Shown: positions 13,525-25,205 of the stretch, one piece after another
Numbering within the stretch: position 1 is the first letter of the stretch
How the letters are laid out: every line of letters starts with the position of its first letter
Assembly: GCF_963921235.1 (NCBI RefSeq)
Contig: NC_086108.1
Location: 41,728,001 to 41,792,000 of the forward strand
Source of the DNA: Mobula hypostoma
Taxonomy: Eukaryota
Length of the DNA stretch: 64,000 bases
Reading direction: 5' to 3'
Made by a program: the position numbers and the translations under genes
Notes under the pieces: model-generated
Databases searched by the model: none
Seen by the model: only the letters and a program-made list of their open reading frames with translations
Told to the model about the DNA's origin: nothing

Positions 13525-14400
13525 AGTTCAAAGTTCAGAGTAAATTTATGATTAGGTTACATACATGTCACCACATAGACTCTTGAGATTCATTTTCTTG
13601 TGGGAGTACTCAATAAATCCAATAACCTTAATAGAATCAATGAAAGTCAACACCAACATGGCAGACAACCAGTGTGCAAAATATAACAAAAAGAAAGGGG
13701 GAAAAAATAAACAATAAATATCGAGAACACGGAATGAAGAATCCTTGACAGTGAGTCCATAGGTTATGGGAACATTTCAGTAATGGGGTGAATGAAGTTA
13801 TCCCCTCTGGTTGAGAAACCCAATGGCTGAGGGGTAATAACTGTTCTTGAACATGCCAGTGAGAGTCCTGAGGCTCCTGTATGTTTTTCCTGATGGCATC
13901 AGTGAGACAAGGACCTGGCCTGGGTTGTGGGGGTCCCTAATGATGAATGCTCCATACAGATGTACTCAATGACAGGGAGGGCTTCCTCGTGATGGACTGG
14001 GCCATATACACTACTTTTTGTAGGCTTTTCCCTTCAAGGACGTTGGTGTTTCCATACCAGGCTGTGATGCAGCCAGTCAATATATTCTCCACCACCCATC
14101 TACAGAAATTTGTCAAGGGTTTAGATATCATGCTGAATATTCACAAATTCCTAAGGAAGCAGAGGTGCCACCATGCTTTCGTCGTAATTGCACTTCAATG
14201 ACGGGCCCAGGATAGGTCCTCTGAAATGATAACACTGAGGAATTTAAAGTTGCTGACCCTCTCCTCCTCTGATCCCCCGATGAGGACTGGCTCATGGACC
14301 TCTGATTTCCTCCTGAGGTCAATAATCAGCTCCTTGGTCTTGCTGACATTAAGTAAGAGGTTGTTGTTATGGTACCACTCAGCCAGATTTTCAATCTCCC
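13525..14400 (-). mobile_element. Degraded Rex1/L2-like LINE 3' fragment
   Basis: ORF 13937-14131 (ENILTGCITAWYGN). Minus-strand 3' end ATAAATTTACTCTGAACTTTGAA. Confidence 0.75.
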
Positions 14401-15426
14401 CAAATAAAACTAGCGTTTCATCAAAAGAGCAAGTCTGCCAAGATCTTTAAAGACTAATTTCCTGAAAAATATTATTGTCTTCAATTTTCCCACCTTGATG
14501 CATCATGATTTTACGCTGCGTCTTACATTGGATTAAAAATAAACTCAACAACTAGCTGTATGTGACCACATTTTATGAGGTTCATTCAGTGGTTTTGATT
14601 ATATAGCATAATTAAGGAGCTCATCCTTTTAAGAGTTCAAGCAAAATCGCCTTTTTTATTCAATGCAGTAACATCCAGGATTATGGTTTAGATCCACCAT
14701 CAATCTTACTCAAAGCCTCTACTGTCCTACATTTCAAGAACTACTCGAAATCCAGTAAAGGGTGGGAAGAATTTTCCTCCAACTCATAACTGTGAAAATT
14801 AAAGCCATCCACAATTGGAACTTGAACTTAATCATCTATCAGACAATCAATGGTAACTAGAATTGTCATAAATCAGAATAAATATAGTGTTATATTAAAA
14901 TTAGAAATGGTTGATGATAGAAGTAAATGACAAAGAAGCATAAGTGAACTTGAGCATTTTCATTACAAATATTAAAATCAGCAATTCTTCTAAACGTGTA
15001 TTTGGTGATATATCATGACAGCAATCTCAAACCACTAGAATCAAAATCTTATGATTCGTAAGCATCCGTCATTTACCACAACACCAGCACATTTCACACA
15101 TTCATAATCAGTACTAAAATTAAAAAGTCAGACTTTTATTTGTTGTGGGTCATTCAAATTTAGAGTCAAAACATTTACGCAGGATGAAGCTTAAACTTTG
15201 ACACCTTTCAAAGCAATTCAATGACCAAGAGCTGTTTATCAAATTCACTTTAAGGGAGAAGATAAACTTAGAAGGAGTTGCCATTAAGCACAATTGCAAC
15301 ATGACATATCTTTCAAATTATTATGGGGAATTAGGCTGCATTGTCAAATAATCCAAAATATTTTTGGTAAAATTATTCATCCAAAGCGATTCTATATTAT
15401 CTCATTTGTATCTGGACTGGAATTCA

Positions 15427-15640
15427 CTGAGAATGATGCGATCCTTTGCAAAACTGTACTCTTAATTTTATGATTATACCCTGAAGTGCAATTTCTATAA
15501 ATGCTATGTTCGTGCTACAGTGTGCTGGTCATTGTTCTCTAATGCTGTACTGGACATCCATTACTCTCTCACATGTCACGAAAAGATTCATTGTTCAATT
15601 GAAGTGATGGCTTCCTCACTTAGACAGTTAAATCATGTTG
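15427..15640 (+). repeat. Host-sequence direct repeat, copy 1 (copy 2 at 20087-20299), flanking the LTR element
   Basis: CTGAGAATGATGC...AATCATGTTG occurs on both sides of the element; about 4 differences seen by eye. Confidence 0.95.
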
Positions 15641-15985
15641 CAGCAGGATTGGGAAGGAGGAGAGGCGGGGCCCTGGACACGGGACTGGGGGCTCCGGGCT
15701 GTAGTGGTGGCCTGAGTGAGAGAGGAGTTGGCAAGCAGGCCTGAGGTATCCCTAGTAGTGTCTGAGCCTTTTGGGTTTAGGTGAGGGGGTACAGAGGTCT
15801 CAGAGGGTTAAGAAGCTCCCAGATAGATTGGCCTATTTAGCGCCCGTGGGACGGGAGTAAGGTCCACTGTTTGGAGAGCACTGTCACTGTGTGTATCTGT
15901 GTATGTGTGTGTTGTGTGTCTGTAGGACTGGGTGGCGAGTTATTTAGAAGTCATGAGGACATGACTTTATTTGGTGGGAGGAGAG
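15641..15985 (+). repeat. Extra copy of the element's 3' internal region and PPT, upstream of the 5' LTR
   Basis: Matches 19042-19388 and ends with the polypurine tract GGTGGGAGGAGAG directly before the TG of LTR1. Confidence 0.95.
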
Positions 15986-16682
15986 TGTAAGGGGGTTTCG
16001 ATTTTTATGTTACTGCGGAGGCTAATTAAAATGGCGTCTTTGTTATGTTAATCTGGGTGAGGCGGCTTTGTTGTCTTAAACGCTGAGAAAGTTTGCGCTA
16101 GCAGCTTGTTGTGGTTTAGAGGGTGATAAGAAATATGTTATTAACCAATTGGGATAGTTGTTATGGTTTTGGTGTATTTGAAGATACTGTATGCGCGGGG
16201 TTTTGGGGCAGAAGGCGGGAGAGCGAGACAGAGGATGGATGAGGTGCTGTGAGTCCGCTAACGGGGTCGGACCCCGAGCGGGACGTTCGGCAAGGAGACG
16301 GAGATGGATTCGTGTGGAGCGTCTGGTCGACCACCGTTGTTGGTCCCAGGCGGCCGGTCGAGGTGGTCCGAGGGGGTCGCAGGGTGAAGAAGAAGGTCCT
16401 TGAGCTCCAACGGGTTTTTTGTGCACGAAGAGATTGAACTTTGATAAGTGTGGCGCCTTTTATTTTCCTTTTATGTTTTATTCTCTTTTAATTATATAGT
16501 TCCAGTAATATCTATAAACTGTATATCATTTAATTTCATCTGGTGTATTGTCTGTTATTTGGGCGGGGTGGGGTACCTCACACAGCATCCACACCAACTA
16601 ATTACCCAGTTTGGCAGGGCCGAGGCTGTTTCCCTAGACGACAGCGAGTCGAGTGACCCTGAGGGTGGCCAGGGGGGCTACA
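15986..16682 (+). repeat. 5' LTR
   Basis: TG...CA ends, 697 bp, direct repeat of 19389-20086, CCAAT near 16145. Confidence 0.95.
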
Positions 16683-16685
16683 TTG

Positions 16686-16704
16686 TGGGGGCTTTGTCCA
16701 GGAT
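16686..16704 (+). promoter_or_regulatory. Primer-binding site, tRNA-Pro-like
   Basis: TGGGGGCTTTGTCCAGGAT 3 nt after the LTR, compared with the canonical tRNA-Pro PBS TGGGGGCTCGTCCGGGAT. Confidence 0.8.
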
Positions 16705-16779
16705 GCTTGAGTCTGTTGGTATGCTGTGTGGGTGCCCTGTTTAAATCTGTAATGTGTGTCTCTGTGGGTTATTTGCTGG

Positions 16780-17200
16780 TTATTGCTGTATGCGTGGTGG
16801 GTGAGGTCTTTGTTCAAGTTCAGACTAGCATTGACAAGTTGGAGGTGGCACTAGGGGCTGTCCCTGCGGTTGGGAGAGAGAGGGAAGAGTGGTCTGATTT
16901 GGAGGTAGAGTCTGCGAATAAATGTTCTAGCTCTGGCAGGCTCCGCCTGGCACTTGGGATAAGTGTCCACCCCAGGAGGGGCGGAGGCGTGCGAGACGTG
17001 GGCGGAGCGGATCTCTCAGTTGTTAGATGAGTGGCAGTGCTCAGTTGAGGGAGAGCGACAGGGATTGGTTGAAAGTTTGAGTAGGCAGGCTGGTGACGGT
17101 GTTAGAGCTGTCAGGTTCACTTACACCATAGTGACAGCTGTCAGTTATTTGAAAGAGGGGGGAAAGTTTTCAGTGTGTCTTCTCTGGCGAGGAGGGCGGC
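16780..17200 (+). pseudogene. gag: Decayed Gypsy gag (PNMA-like capsid)
   Basis: [13 protein letters not shown], then (frameshifted) [29 protein letters not shown]. Resembles the RLRxFSG...ETW...LEEWQCSxxEKRxRLxESL motif of PNMA-type gag. Confidence 0.75.
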
Positions 17201-17363
17201 TAAATTGCTTGTAGTGCCAGGGGGATCATTTCAGGGGATCAGTTGTTCAGCTGATCAGAGAGGGATCGAGAAACTTAGTAGAGGCCCATTGGGGGAAAGG
17301 CTTGGGGTCTCTGGGGAAGCACGTTCCCAGCAATGTACCACTGCACTTCCGCAAGGAAAAGAC

Positions 17364-17600
17364 CCTATTCCTGAAGGCTTAGAGGGACTACGCCCCAGGG
17401 TGTCAATATGAATAGAGGGAAGCGATGCTAAAGCTATCCTCGACCCCGGGGCGCAGATCAAGTTGTTGGACAGTTCATTTTACAACCGGTGTCTGAAGCA
17501 TTTATCCTTGACAACCGCAAGGGCACCGGAGACTTTGGGTACTAGTGGCAGTAGTTATCCAGAAGCCGATGATTGGTTAATGACCCTGGAGTTCATGGGG
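17364..17600 (+). pseudogene. Decayed retropepsin protease
   Basis: PIPEGLEG...IEGSDAKAILDPGAQIKLLDSSFYNRCLKHL. The active-site D(T/S)G reads DPG; in-frame stop at 17409-17411. Confidence 0.75.
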
Positions 17601-17844
17601 GCATTGTCTGGGCACCCAGCGTGTCGAGTTGCTTCGGAGGACGTGTGTAGCAGCCTTGAGCCGGTACCGAATTTAAACGAGACCCAGCGGTGGTACGGCC
17701 TGGGGAAAGTAGCTGAGGGTGAGACCCTCTTAGTAGACGCTCCGAACTACCACGAGGGAGGGGAGTTGACCGCTGAAGACACCTCAGTGAGAGAGAGGTC
17801 GCGGCAAATGTACCCTAGTGGCGTGGGAGATGAAGGCAGCGTGT

Positions 17845-18080
17845 GTGGGGATTACGCGACGTGGTTTAATGTGCTGCATCTGAGGGGTGGATGTTGCCAG
17901 ATCCTGAGGAGTGCGGCTGTTGAGCTGAAGATGGCCTTTACTAGTTCCCCAGGATTCTTCCGATCCAAAACGATACCCAAGGGCATATCCGGAGCCCCTG
18001 CATCCTTCCCGCGGGGCATGAGGAAGACCATGGGGGAAGTGAAGGTGTGTGGAGTTTTGATGTATGTGGATGACCGCCTA
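17845..18080 (+). pseudogene. Decayed, internally deleted Gypsy reverse transcriptase
   Basis: WFNVLHLRGGCCQI (cf. WFSxLDLxSGYxQI), KMAFTSSPGFF...PKGISGAPASF, LMYVDD. Confidence 0.8.
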
Positions 18081-18084
18081 GAGC

Positions 18085-19167
18085 TTGGATTCGCCTGGGG
18101 GGACTATGAGGCGAGGCGAGTGGGCTGAGCCCGGGCGACCGAAGCGAAGTGTCAAATGTGGAGGAGTTTTTGGCCGGAGGAGTTTGGTGCAATGTGAGGA
18201 AAATGACCCAACATACCAGTTGAACTTCCTGGTGTTGGGACAGACGGTGGTGGACCGGGGGATGGAAACCCAGGTCGTCAATCTGAATGAGACACAGGGA
18301 AGAGAGGGGATTTGCACAGCACTGCGGTCATATACTGACGAATTAATCCAGCGAGAAGAAACAATGACCCGCCTTCGAAGGGATCAGCAGAAACTCAAGA
18401 CGTCGATTCAGAACAGATTGGAAGACTTGCAAGTTGGAGAAGATCATGGAAGTGTTCTGACTAAGGTCAACAGAAAACCAAGAGCACAGGGAGGGGAGTT
18501 TGACTACACTCCCGAGGAGGTAAAGAAATGGAGGACAGATCTCGGAAAGGGGAGGCGGACGCTTGAAAGGAACCTGAAGATGACTATCGCGAGTTTAAAT
18601 GAAGTGGAAAAACTGAACGTTGACCTGGAAGACGTCCTCAGGAAGAAACAACCGGAGGCTGAACATTCTTTAACTGCTGCTTTTCAGGTCAGGGTGGAAG
18701 AAGCTGGTGGGGTAACTGCGTCCCAGATTGAGATGGCCAGGAACCCTGAGTCAGAACTGCGGAGGCTGTGGCGAGAGTTGAAGGAGTCCCCGAAGAAGCT
18801 GACGTCTCGACTGCAGGAGGCTGAAGGGGTAGCCCCGGCTAAATGTTTCAGTTTGGAGAAACTCAAACAGCAGCTACCGATCGATGGAATGAGGAAGGAT
18901 ACGGATTCGAAGGATGATGTGCTGCACATGTGGAACATGCTGCCTTTCGCTAACTTCCCCGTGACTGAGGAAGAGACCTTTGGCCCTTCTCCCACTGAGT
19001 CAGGTGTAGTGGGGAGGGTTAGCTGTGGGCAGTCTGAGTTGCGGCAGGATTGGGAAGGAGGAGAGGCGGGGCCCCGGACACTGGACTGGGGGGGTCCGAG
19101 CTGTAGTGGTGGCCTGAGTGAGAGAGGAGTTGGCAAGCAGGCCCGAGGTATCCCTAGTAGTGTCTGA
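18085..19167 (+). CDS. Chimeric 360-codon ORF: sarcomeric myosin heavy-chain rod fragments (MYH16-like, ~18181-18885) fused to a probable element-derived tail
   Basis: [58 protein letters not shown] and [11 protein letters not shown]...[13 protein letters not shown] match conserved myosin II S2/LMM motifs. First ATG at 18106. Expression unknown. Confidence 0.7.
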   Translation: MDSPGGTMRRGEWAEPGRPKRSVKCGGVFGRRSLVQCEENDPTYQLNFLVLGQTVVDRGMETQVVNLNETQGREGICTALRSYTDELIQREETMTRLRRDQQKLKTSIQNRLEDLQVGEDHGSVLTKVNRKPRAQGGEFDYTPEEVKKWRTDLGKGRRTLERNLKMTIASLNEVEKLNVDLEDVLRKKQPEAEHSLTAAFQVRVEEAGGVTASQIEMARNPESELRRLWRELKESPKKLTSRLQEAEGVAPAKCFSLEKLKQQLPIDGMRKDTDSKDDVLHMWNMLPFANFPVTEEETFGPSPTESGVVGRVSCGQSELRQDWEGGEAGPRTLDWGGPSCSGGLSERGVGKQARGIPSSV

Positions 19168-19374
19168 GCCTTTTGGGTTTAGGTGAGGGGGTACAGAGGT
19201 CTCAGAGGGTTAAGAAGCTCCCAGATAGATTGGCCTATTTAGCGCCCGTGGGACGGGAGTAAGGTCCACTGTTTGGGGAGCACTGTCACTGTGTGTATCT
19301 GTGTATGTGTGTGTTGTTGTGACTGTAGGACTGGGTGGCGAGTTATTTAGAAGTCATGAGGACATGACTTTATT

Positions 19375-19388
19375 TGGTGGGGGGAGAG
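19375..19388 (+). promoter_or_regulatory. Polypurine tract
   Basis: TGGTGGGGGGAGAG immediately before the TG of the 3' LTR. Confidence 0.85.
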
Positions 19389-20086
19389 TGTAAGGGGGTT
19401 TCGATTTTTATGTTACTGCGGAGGCTAATTAAAATGGCATCTTTGTTATGTTAATCTGGAGAATGCTGCTTTGTTGTCTTAAACGCTGAGAAAGTTTGCG
19501 CTAGCAGCTTGTTGTGGTTTAGAGGGTGATAAGAAATACGTTATTAACCAATTGGGATAGTTGTTATGGTTTTGGTGTATTTGAAGATACTGTATGCGCG
19601 GGGTTTTGGAGCAGAAGGCGGGAGAGCGAGACAGAGGATGGACGAGGTGCTGTGAGTCCGCTAACGGGGTCGGACCCCGAGCGGGACATTCGGCAAGGAG
19701 ACGGAGATGGATTCGTGTCGGAGCGTCTGGTCGACCACCGTTGTTGGTCCCAGGCGGCCGGTCGAGGTGGTCCGAGGGGGTCACGGGGTGAAGAAGAAGG
19801 TCCTTGAGCTCAAATGGGTTTTTTGTGCACGAAGAGATTGAACTTTGATAAGTGTGGCGCCTTTTATTTTCCTTTTATATTTTATTCTCTTTTAATTATA
19901 TAGTTCCAGTAATATCTATAAACTGTATATCATTTAATTGCATCTGGTGTATTGTCTGTTATTTGGGCGGGATGGGGTACCTCACACAGCATCCACACCA
20001 ACTAATTACCCAGTTTGGCGGGGCCGAGGCTGTTTCCCTAGACGACAGCGAGCCGAGCGACCCTGAGGGTGGCCAGGGGGGCTACA
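19389..20086 (+). repeat. 3' LTR
   Basis: TGTAAG...GCTACA, 698 bp; about 96-97% identical to the 5' LTR by eye. Confidence 0.95.
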
Positions 20087-20299
20087 CTGAGAATGATGCT
20101 ATCTTTGCAAAACTGTACTCTTAATTTGATGATTATACCCAGAAGTGCAATTTCTATAAATGCTATGTTCGTGCTACAGTGTGCTGGTCATTGTTCTCTA
20201 ATGCTGTACTGGACATCCATTACTCTCTCACATGTCACGAAAAGATTCATTGTTCAATTGAAGTGATGGCTTCCTCACTTAGACAGTTAAATCATGTTG
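20087..20299 (+). repeat. Host-sequence direct repeat, copy 2
   Basis: Matches 15427-15640 and begins exactly at the 3' LTR end. Confidence 0.95.
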
Positions 20300-21470
20300 A
20301 CATGTTGTCAGTTACCTTACACAACTGAAACAAGGCAGGAAGAAACTACTTTGTATATATTGTCTAAACGCCAGACACTTCAGGGATAAGTGAAAGATCT
20401 CGATGATTCTTTTGCTACATTTAGAGTTGTGTGCAGATGAGGCCAATTCTACTTTACTCAGCAGCAGTATCCACTGTTTTATTGCCTTTCCCACTACCCA
20501 GTTCCTTTATCTTGCATCATCAGCTCTTTTGCTCTTTAACCTCTTCTGCCCTCTATCCTATCACAGACCATCACATCCTCTTTTCCCCTCTTTGCTGCTT
20601 CTTACAAGAAAGGGCATCAAAACGTTCCCCATAGATGCTGCCTGATTTGCAGAGGTTTCCTAACTTTTTCTGCTCTTATTTTAGATCTCCAGTATTTGCT
20701 GCATTTTGTTTTGTATTCATGTGGTGTATCACTGCATCTTTATCCAGTCTCCCACCTCCTCCCTCCGCCTCTTCCTCCCTAGCTCAGTCGACCTATCACC
20801 ATTCAACACCCGCAACGCCCATCCCACCACATCTCCCTCCTCACCATGCCAGCTTTCTACACTTGCCTGGTTTTTACATAGATACCCCAGCTACTGGAGG
20901 ACAAGGCTGCCAGGTTTAGTTTGCAGCAGATAATGTGAAAAGTATATGAGGGATAAACATCTCCCTCGCCAATGCACTTGTGGTAGATGCATCTGTCCAT
21001 GATAGCTTTGGCAGCTGTGACCACAGCATATTCCTTGTGAAGATAAGGTCTCATTGCATCCCAAGAACATCATGCTGTAAATAGAATAGACTTGGATCAG
21101 GATTGGCAGCTGAAAACTGGGTATCCAAGAGCCACACCGGATCTTTAGCAGCAGCATAAATGTACGCCACCGCAAAGTGTAATATCAAGGCCTGACATGT
21201 TCTGCAATGCAAGACAGCAAGGAATAAACCCAGATTCAGTTAGGAGTGAGAGTGCTTACTAGGAGCAACAGCAGACACACCAGATAATAATGAGGTGCCA
21301 GAGTGGTGCAGATGGAATATGTGTCTAAACAGCAAGAAGCAAACAAAAGAAAGAAGAGTCATCTTGCAACAAATGGACAAATCAGAGCTCTGCAATTCCA
21401 ACCATGATCATGAATGGTCATGGAAATCAAACAACTAACAAGAACCTCAAAATCATCCACAACTTCAAGA

Positions 21471-21471
<1 letters not shown>

Positions 21472-21503
<32 letters not shown>
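21472..21503. repeat. (TG)n microsatellite
   Basis: About 16 TG units. Confidence 0.95.
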
Positions 21504-21505
<2 letters not shown>

Positions 21506-21739
21506 GGGTGGGGAGGGGGGATTTTTACATTTTCAGCCAGAAGCATGGAAGAGGAAATCCATCTCAGCTTCCTCCTCAGATCCACAGGTGCAATTTCCAG
21601 TCAGTTTACTTGAACCCATTTAATAACAAGAAATGGTTCAGATCAAGAGATACAGCAAAGGCTCCAGGATCAGACAATAAGGTAGTTTTAGTAGTAAAGA
21701 TCTGTGTTCCAGAACTAGCTGCATCACTAAGTATGCTAT

Positions 21740-22005
21740 TATTTATTTTGTTTTTATACAACACAGAACAGGCCATCGAGTCTCACCATCGAGCAACACA
21801 CCTATTGAACCCGAGCCTAATCATGGAACAATTTACAATGACCAATTAATCTACTAACCAGTACATCTTTGGAACGTGGGAGGAAACCAGAGTACCTAAA
21901 GGAAACCCATGCATTCACAGGGAGAGCGTAAAAACTCTGTACAGATGGTGCCAGAATGCAACTCTGAGCTGTAATAGCATCAGATTAACTGCTGTGCTAC
22001 CATGG
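21740..22005 (-). mobile_element. V-SINE/HE1-like SINE
   Basis: V-domain GTACATCTTTGGAACGTGGGAGGAAACCAGAGTACC...GGAAACCCATGCA. Related to 28535-28840. Confidence 0.7.
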
Positions 22006-23639
22006 TGCTCTAGTAGAGTTTCATCAGTTCACCTAGCTGACAATGTGCAAAGGTACATCTTGCTCACAAAAAAACAGGACAAATCGAATCTTGCTAGATA
22101 CTGTCAAGTCAGTCTTCTCTCAATCATCAGTCACGGAGGCTGTTGTTAGCGGTACTTACATGCAGAATTTACAAACCAATAACTTGCAAATGACAGGTTT
22201 GGGTTTAGCCCACACCGTACAGCTCCGGACATCATCACAGCCTTGATCCAAACGTGGACCAAAGAGCTGTATTCCAGAGGTGATGTGAGAGTGAATACCC
22301 TTCACACAGACACATTTTTGTAGATCCAAGGTCGGTCGACATTGAAGGACAAACACTGCATGATTGGAGGCAAATATTGCACATAGGAAGCTGTTTGCGA
22401 TTACTGGAGGTAAATCATATCAGCAGAATATTACCGAAAGAGTCTCTCTGCAGTGTCTGAGTGTCAACTGTGATGGAAATTCACTGTCCAGGGCTAGGAG
22501 GGCTTTCCTATTTTTGCCAAAGTCAGTTTTCTAACATAACAGCTGAAACTTCTAAAGATCAAAGAGTTGTGTTTGAGTAAGATAAACTTCCAAACAAAAT
22601 TCTTTGTTTAGCTTCTTGACATAAACTTGAGTCAGTCTTCAGTTCTTAATGTAGATGGCAAGCAATTAACAGTTTGAAGGTAAAAGGAGAGCTTTGCAGA
22701 CAAATACACTGTCCGTAGAACTCAGTATGCTGGTTCACAGTGCTTAGTCTGACTTCTCAAGAATTGTAGTTGTAAACAATGGGGTTATTTAACTGGGTTT
22801 GTTTCAAAACAGACAACCTGGCTAAATTACTTAGTTCAAGGAAGCTTGCAGACCAGACTGATACTATCACTTAGCACATCAAATAGATCTGTTAATATCC
22901 GGAAGATTTGTACACTCAAGAGATTCAGCTTCACAAAATTAATTGGGATTAACTGGAAACTGTATCTCTAGAAGCTTTTAAACTGTTGGTGTAAAAAGGT
23001 ATCTGAAAAATTTCATATGCGTGTGAGATCATTCAAGTGGCAGAAAAACAGTGCAAATGTAGAGAGCAGTTCAGGCTTATTAGGAATGGTTTAAAAACAT
23101 CAAGAAGAATGACAGAAACAGGGGGAAAACTAGAAACCATTCCTCTGCCTTCAATTTATGTGATATATGATTCATTTGTTTGCATCATTGATATGTCTTT
23201 TTAGCTTATAGGAATTTTATCTGTGTTTTAGAATTCCTTTATGGATTAGAAATCATTACAAATGTGGAAATATTTTATAAGATAATAGATCCTCTGAGAA
23301 TTTTAAACGTGCTTTAAGAATTTTGTCTGGATTTAAATGTGTATCACTAAAAATAATTAACTGTGTTTAAACTACTTTGTTAGCTGGAAGTATCTCCTCC
23401 TTGATGGGGGTGGGGAGCACCACTCGATTAGTGGGGATTGGCAGCTAAACTTGCCATAGAAAATAAACAGGGAAGTGAATTAGTTTTTGAGGCGCAGGTT
23501 GTTACAATATAACCGTCTTTTAGTGAGGGTACCCATAGCTATCTATATCAGAGAGGGCTTAAGATCTTTGTTTGAGTTTAAAACTTTGCAGTCAGCAAAC
23601 CCAATACCATCACATAACCACCTTCATCAGTAGTTGTCC

Positions 23640-24800
23640 TTCCAACAGAAGGTGAGGAGCAGGATGCTTGAGATGTTTACACAATGTTCAATTCTATTCG
23701 CAACTCCTTAGTAGATGAAGCAGACTGTGCCTGCATTCAGAATGACCTAGAAAACATTTATACATTGGTTAATGAGTGACAACACACATTCAGTAGAAGT
23801 GCCCAACAGTGACCATCTTCAACCACCTCCAACAGAATCTAACCATCTAACCTTGGCATCCAACAGCATTACCAATGCCAAGGCCCCATCATCAATGTGC
23901 TAGAATCAACACTGATCATGATCTCACCTAGACTAACCACAATAATAGCATGGCCACAACAGCAGCTTAGATGTTTGGTATCCTGAAGTGCATGATTCAC
24001 TTTCTCATACCTCAAGGCTCTTCCACCATTTGTAAGGCACAGATAGGTAATGTGATGGAATTATCTGGTTAAATATAGTGCTATAAACTCTTAAGAAGCT
24101 TGTCACAATCCAGGCAAAACCAACTTGATTGATGAGCAACCTATGATGGCGATGATGATGATGATGACGTTGACTCAGACCTGAGGGGCCAGCGTCGGGC
24201 ATTTTCATGCCTTACAAGGTGCAGTTCGAAAGGCTGTGTGGGGCACCACTCCTCGCACAGACATTTCACAGTATTATTTTACGAGGCTGTGTTGCGAGCT
24301 CGACATCAACCCGGCGCAGATGGAGAGCGCGCATGGGGGCGGTCTGTCACTGGATCTAACTCGGGAACCTCCGTTCTCGAGCCCGGCGCTGATCTCACTG
24401 CGCCACCAGCCAACCTAAACCTATGAACCATCCCAAACATTCATTCCCTCCACCAGTGATATACTAAGGACCATCTACAAGATGCACTGTAGTTATTTAC
24501 CCACTCTAGTGGCAATCCCAGCCCCAAACTGGAGTCCTCTATCATGAAGGAACAAGAAGACAGCGTTGGTTCCATCCTCCTGTAGGTTCGCATTTAAACT
24601 GAAGACCATCCTGACATGGAAATCTATTGCTAGTCCTTCAACATTGCTTGGGTCTAAATCCTGGAACTCTTTTCTCATCAGCACCACCAAATAGAGTGCA
24701 CTGGTTCAAAAGAATGACTCACCATCACCTCAAGGACTTTTGGGGTTGGGTAGTAAATGCTGTTCTTGTCAGTGATGCTCAGATCCCAGGAAATAAATGC
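23640..24800 (+). mobile_element. Old degraded CR1/L2-like LINE 3' region, interrupted by a SINE
   Basis: Eroded RT C-terminal similarity (ACAATCCAGGCAAAA, ACCATCTACAAGATGCACTG); 3' UTR ending GAAATAAAT. Confidence 0.5.
24147..24417 (-). mobile_element. tRNA-derived SINE with (CAT)n tail and 9-bp TSD
   Basis: Minus-strand head GGCTGGTGGCGCAGTGAG (A box) and GAGTTAGATCC (B-box-like). TSD AACCTATGA at 24138-24146 and 24418-24426. Confidence 0.8.
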
Positions 24801-24811
24801 ATTTATAGAGC

Positions 24812-25205
24812 CATGGAGCCATAGAAAAGTACAGCGCAGAAAAAGCCCCTTTGGCCCATCTAGTCCATGCTGAACCATTTAAACTGCATACTCCAATCGA
24901 CCTGCACTAGGACCATAACCCTCCCTCCATACCCCTACCGTCCTTGTACCTACATAAACTTCTCTTAAATGTTGAAATTGAGCTCACATGCACCACTTGC
25001 ACTGGCAGCTTGTAGCACACTCTCACTACCCTCTGAATGAAGAAGCTTCCCCTCATGTTGCCCATAAACTTTAAACTTTTCTCCTTTCACCCTTAACCTG
25101 ACCTCTACTTGTAGTCCCACTCAACCTCAGCAGAACAAGCCTGCTTGCATTTACTCTATCTATACCCCTCATAATTTTGTATACCTCTATCAAATCTCCC
25201 CTCAT
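24812..25205 (-). mobile_element. CR1 3' fragment
   Basis: CATAGAAAAGTACAGCGCAG tail; similar to 38200-38600. Confidence 0.75.

Larger units (their letters stand above)
15986..20086 (+). mobile_element. Non-autonomous Ty3/Gypsy LTR retrotransposon carrying myosin-like cargo
   Basis: LTRs 15986-16682 and 19389-20086 (TGTAAG...GCTACA), PBS, PPT, decayed gag-PR-RT. No RNase H or integrase motifs. Internal region only 2.7 kb. Confidence 0.92.

Noticed and set aside
16076..16426. Antisense ORF repeated at 19479-19784
   Set aside because: It lies within GC-rich LTRs and is duplicated only because the LTRs are. The two copies differ by frameshift and have no recognisable domain.
18085..19167. A genuine host myosin gene or exon
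   Set aside because: It lies between two LTRs, has no introns or motor domain, and has large deletions in the rod; better explained as captured cargo.
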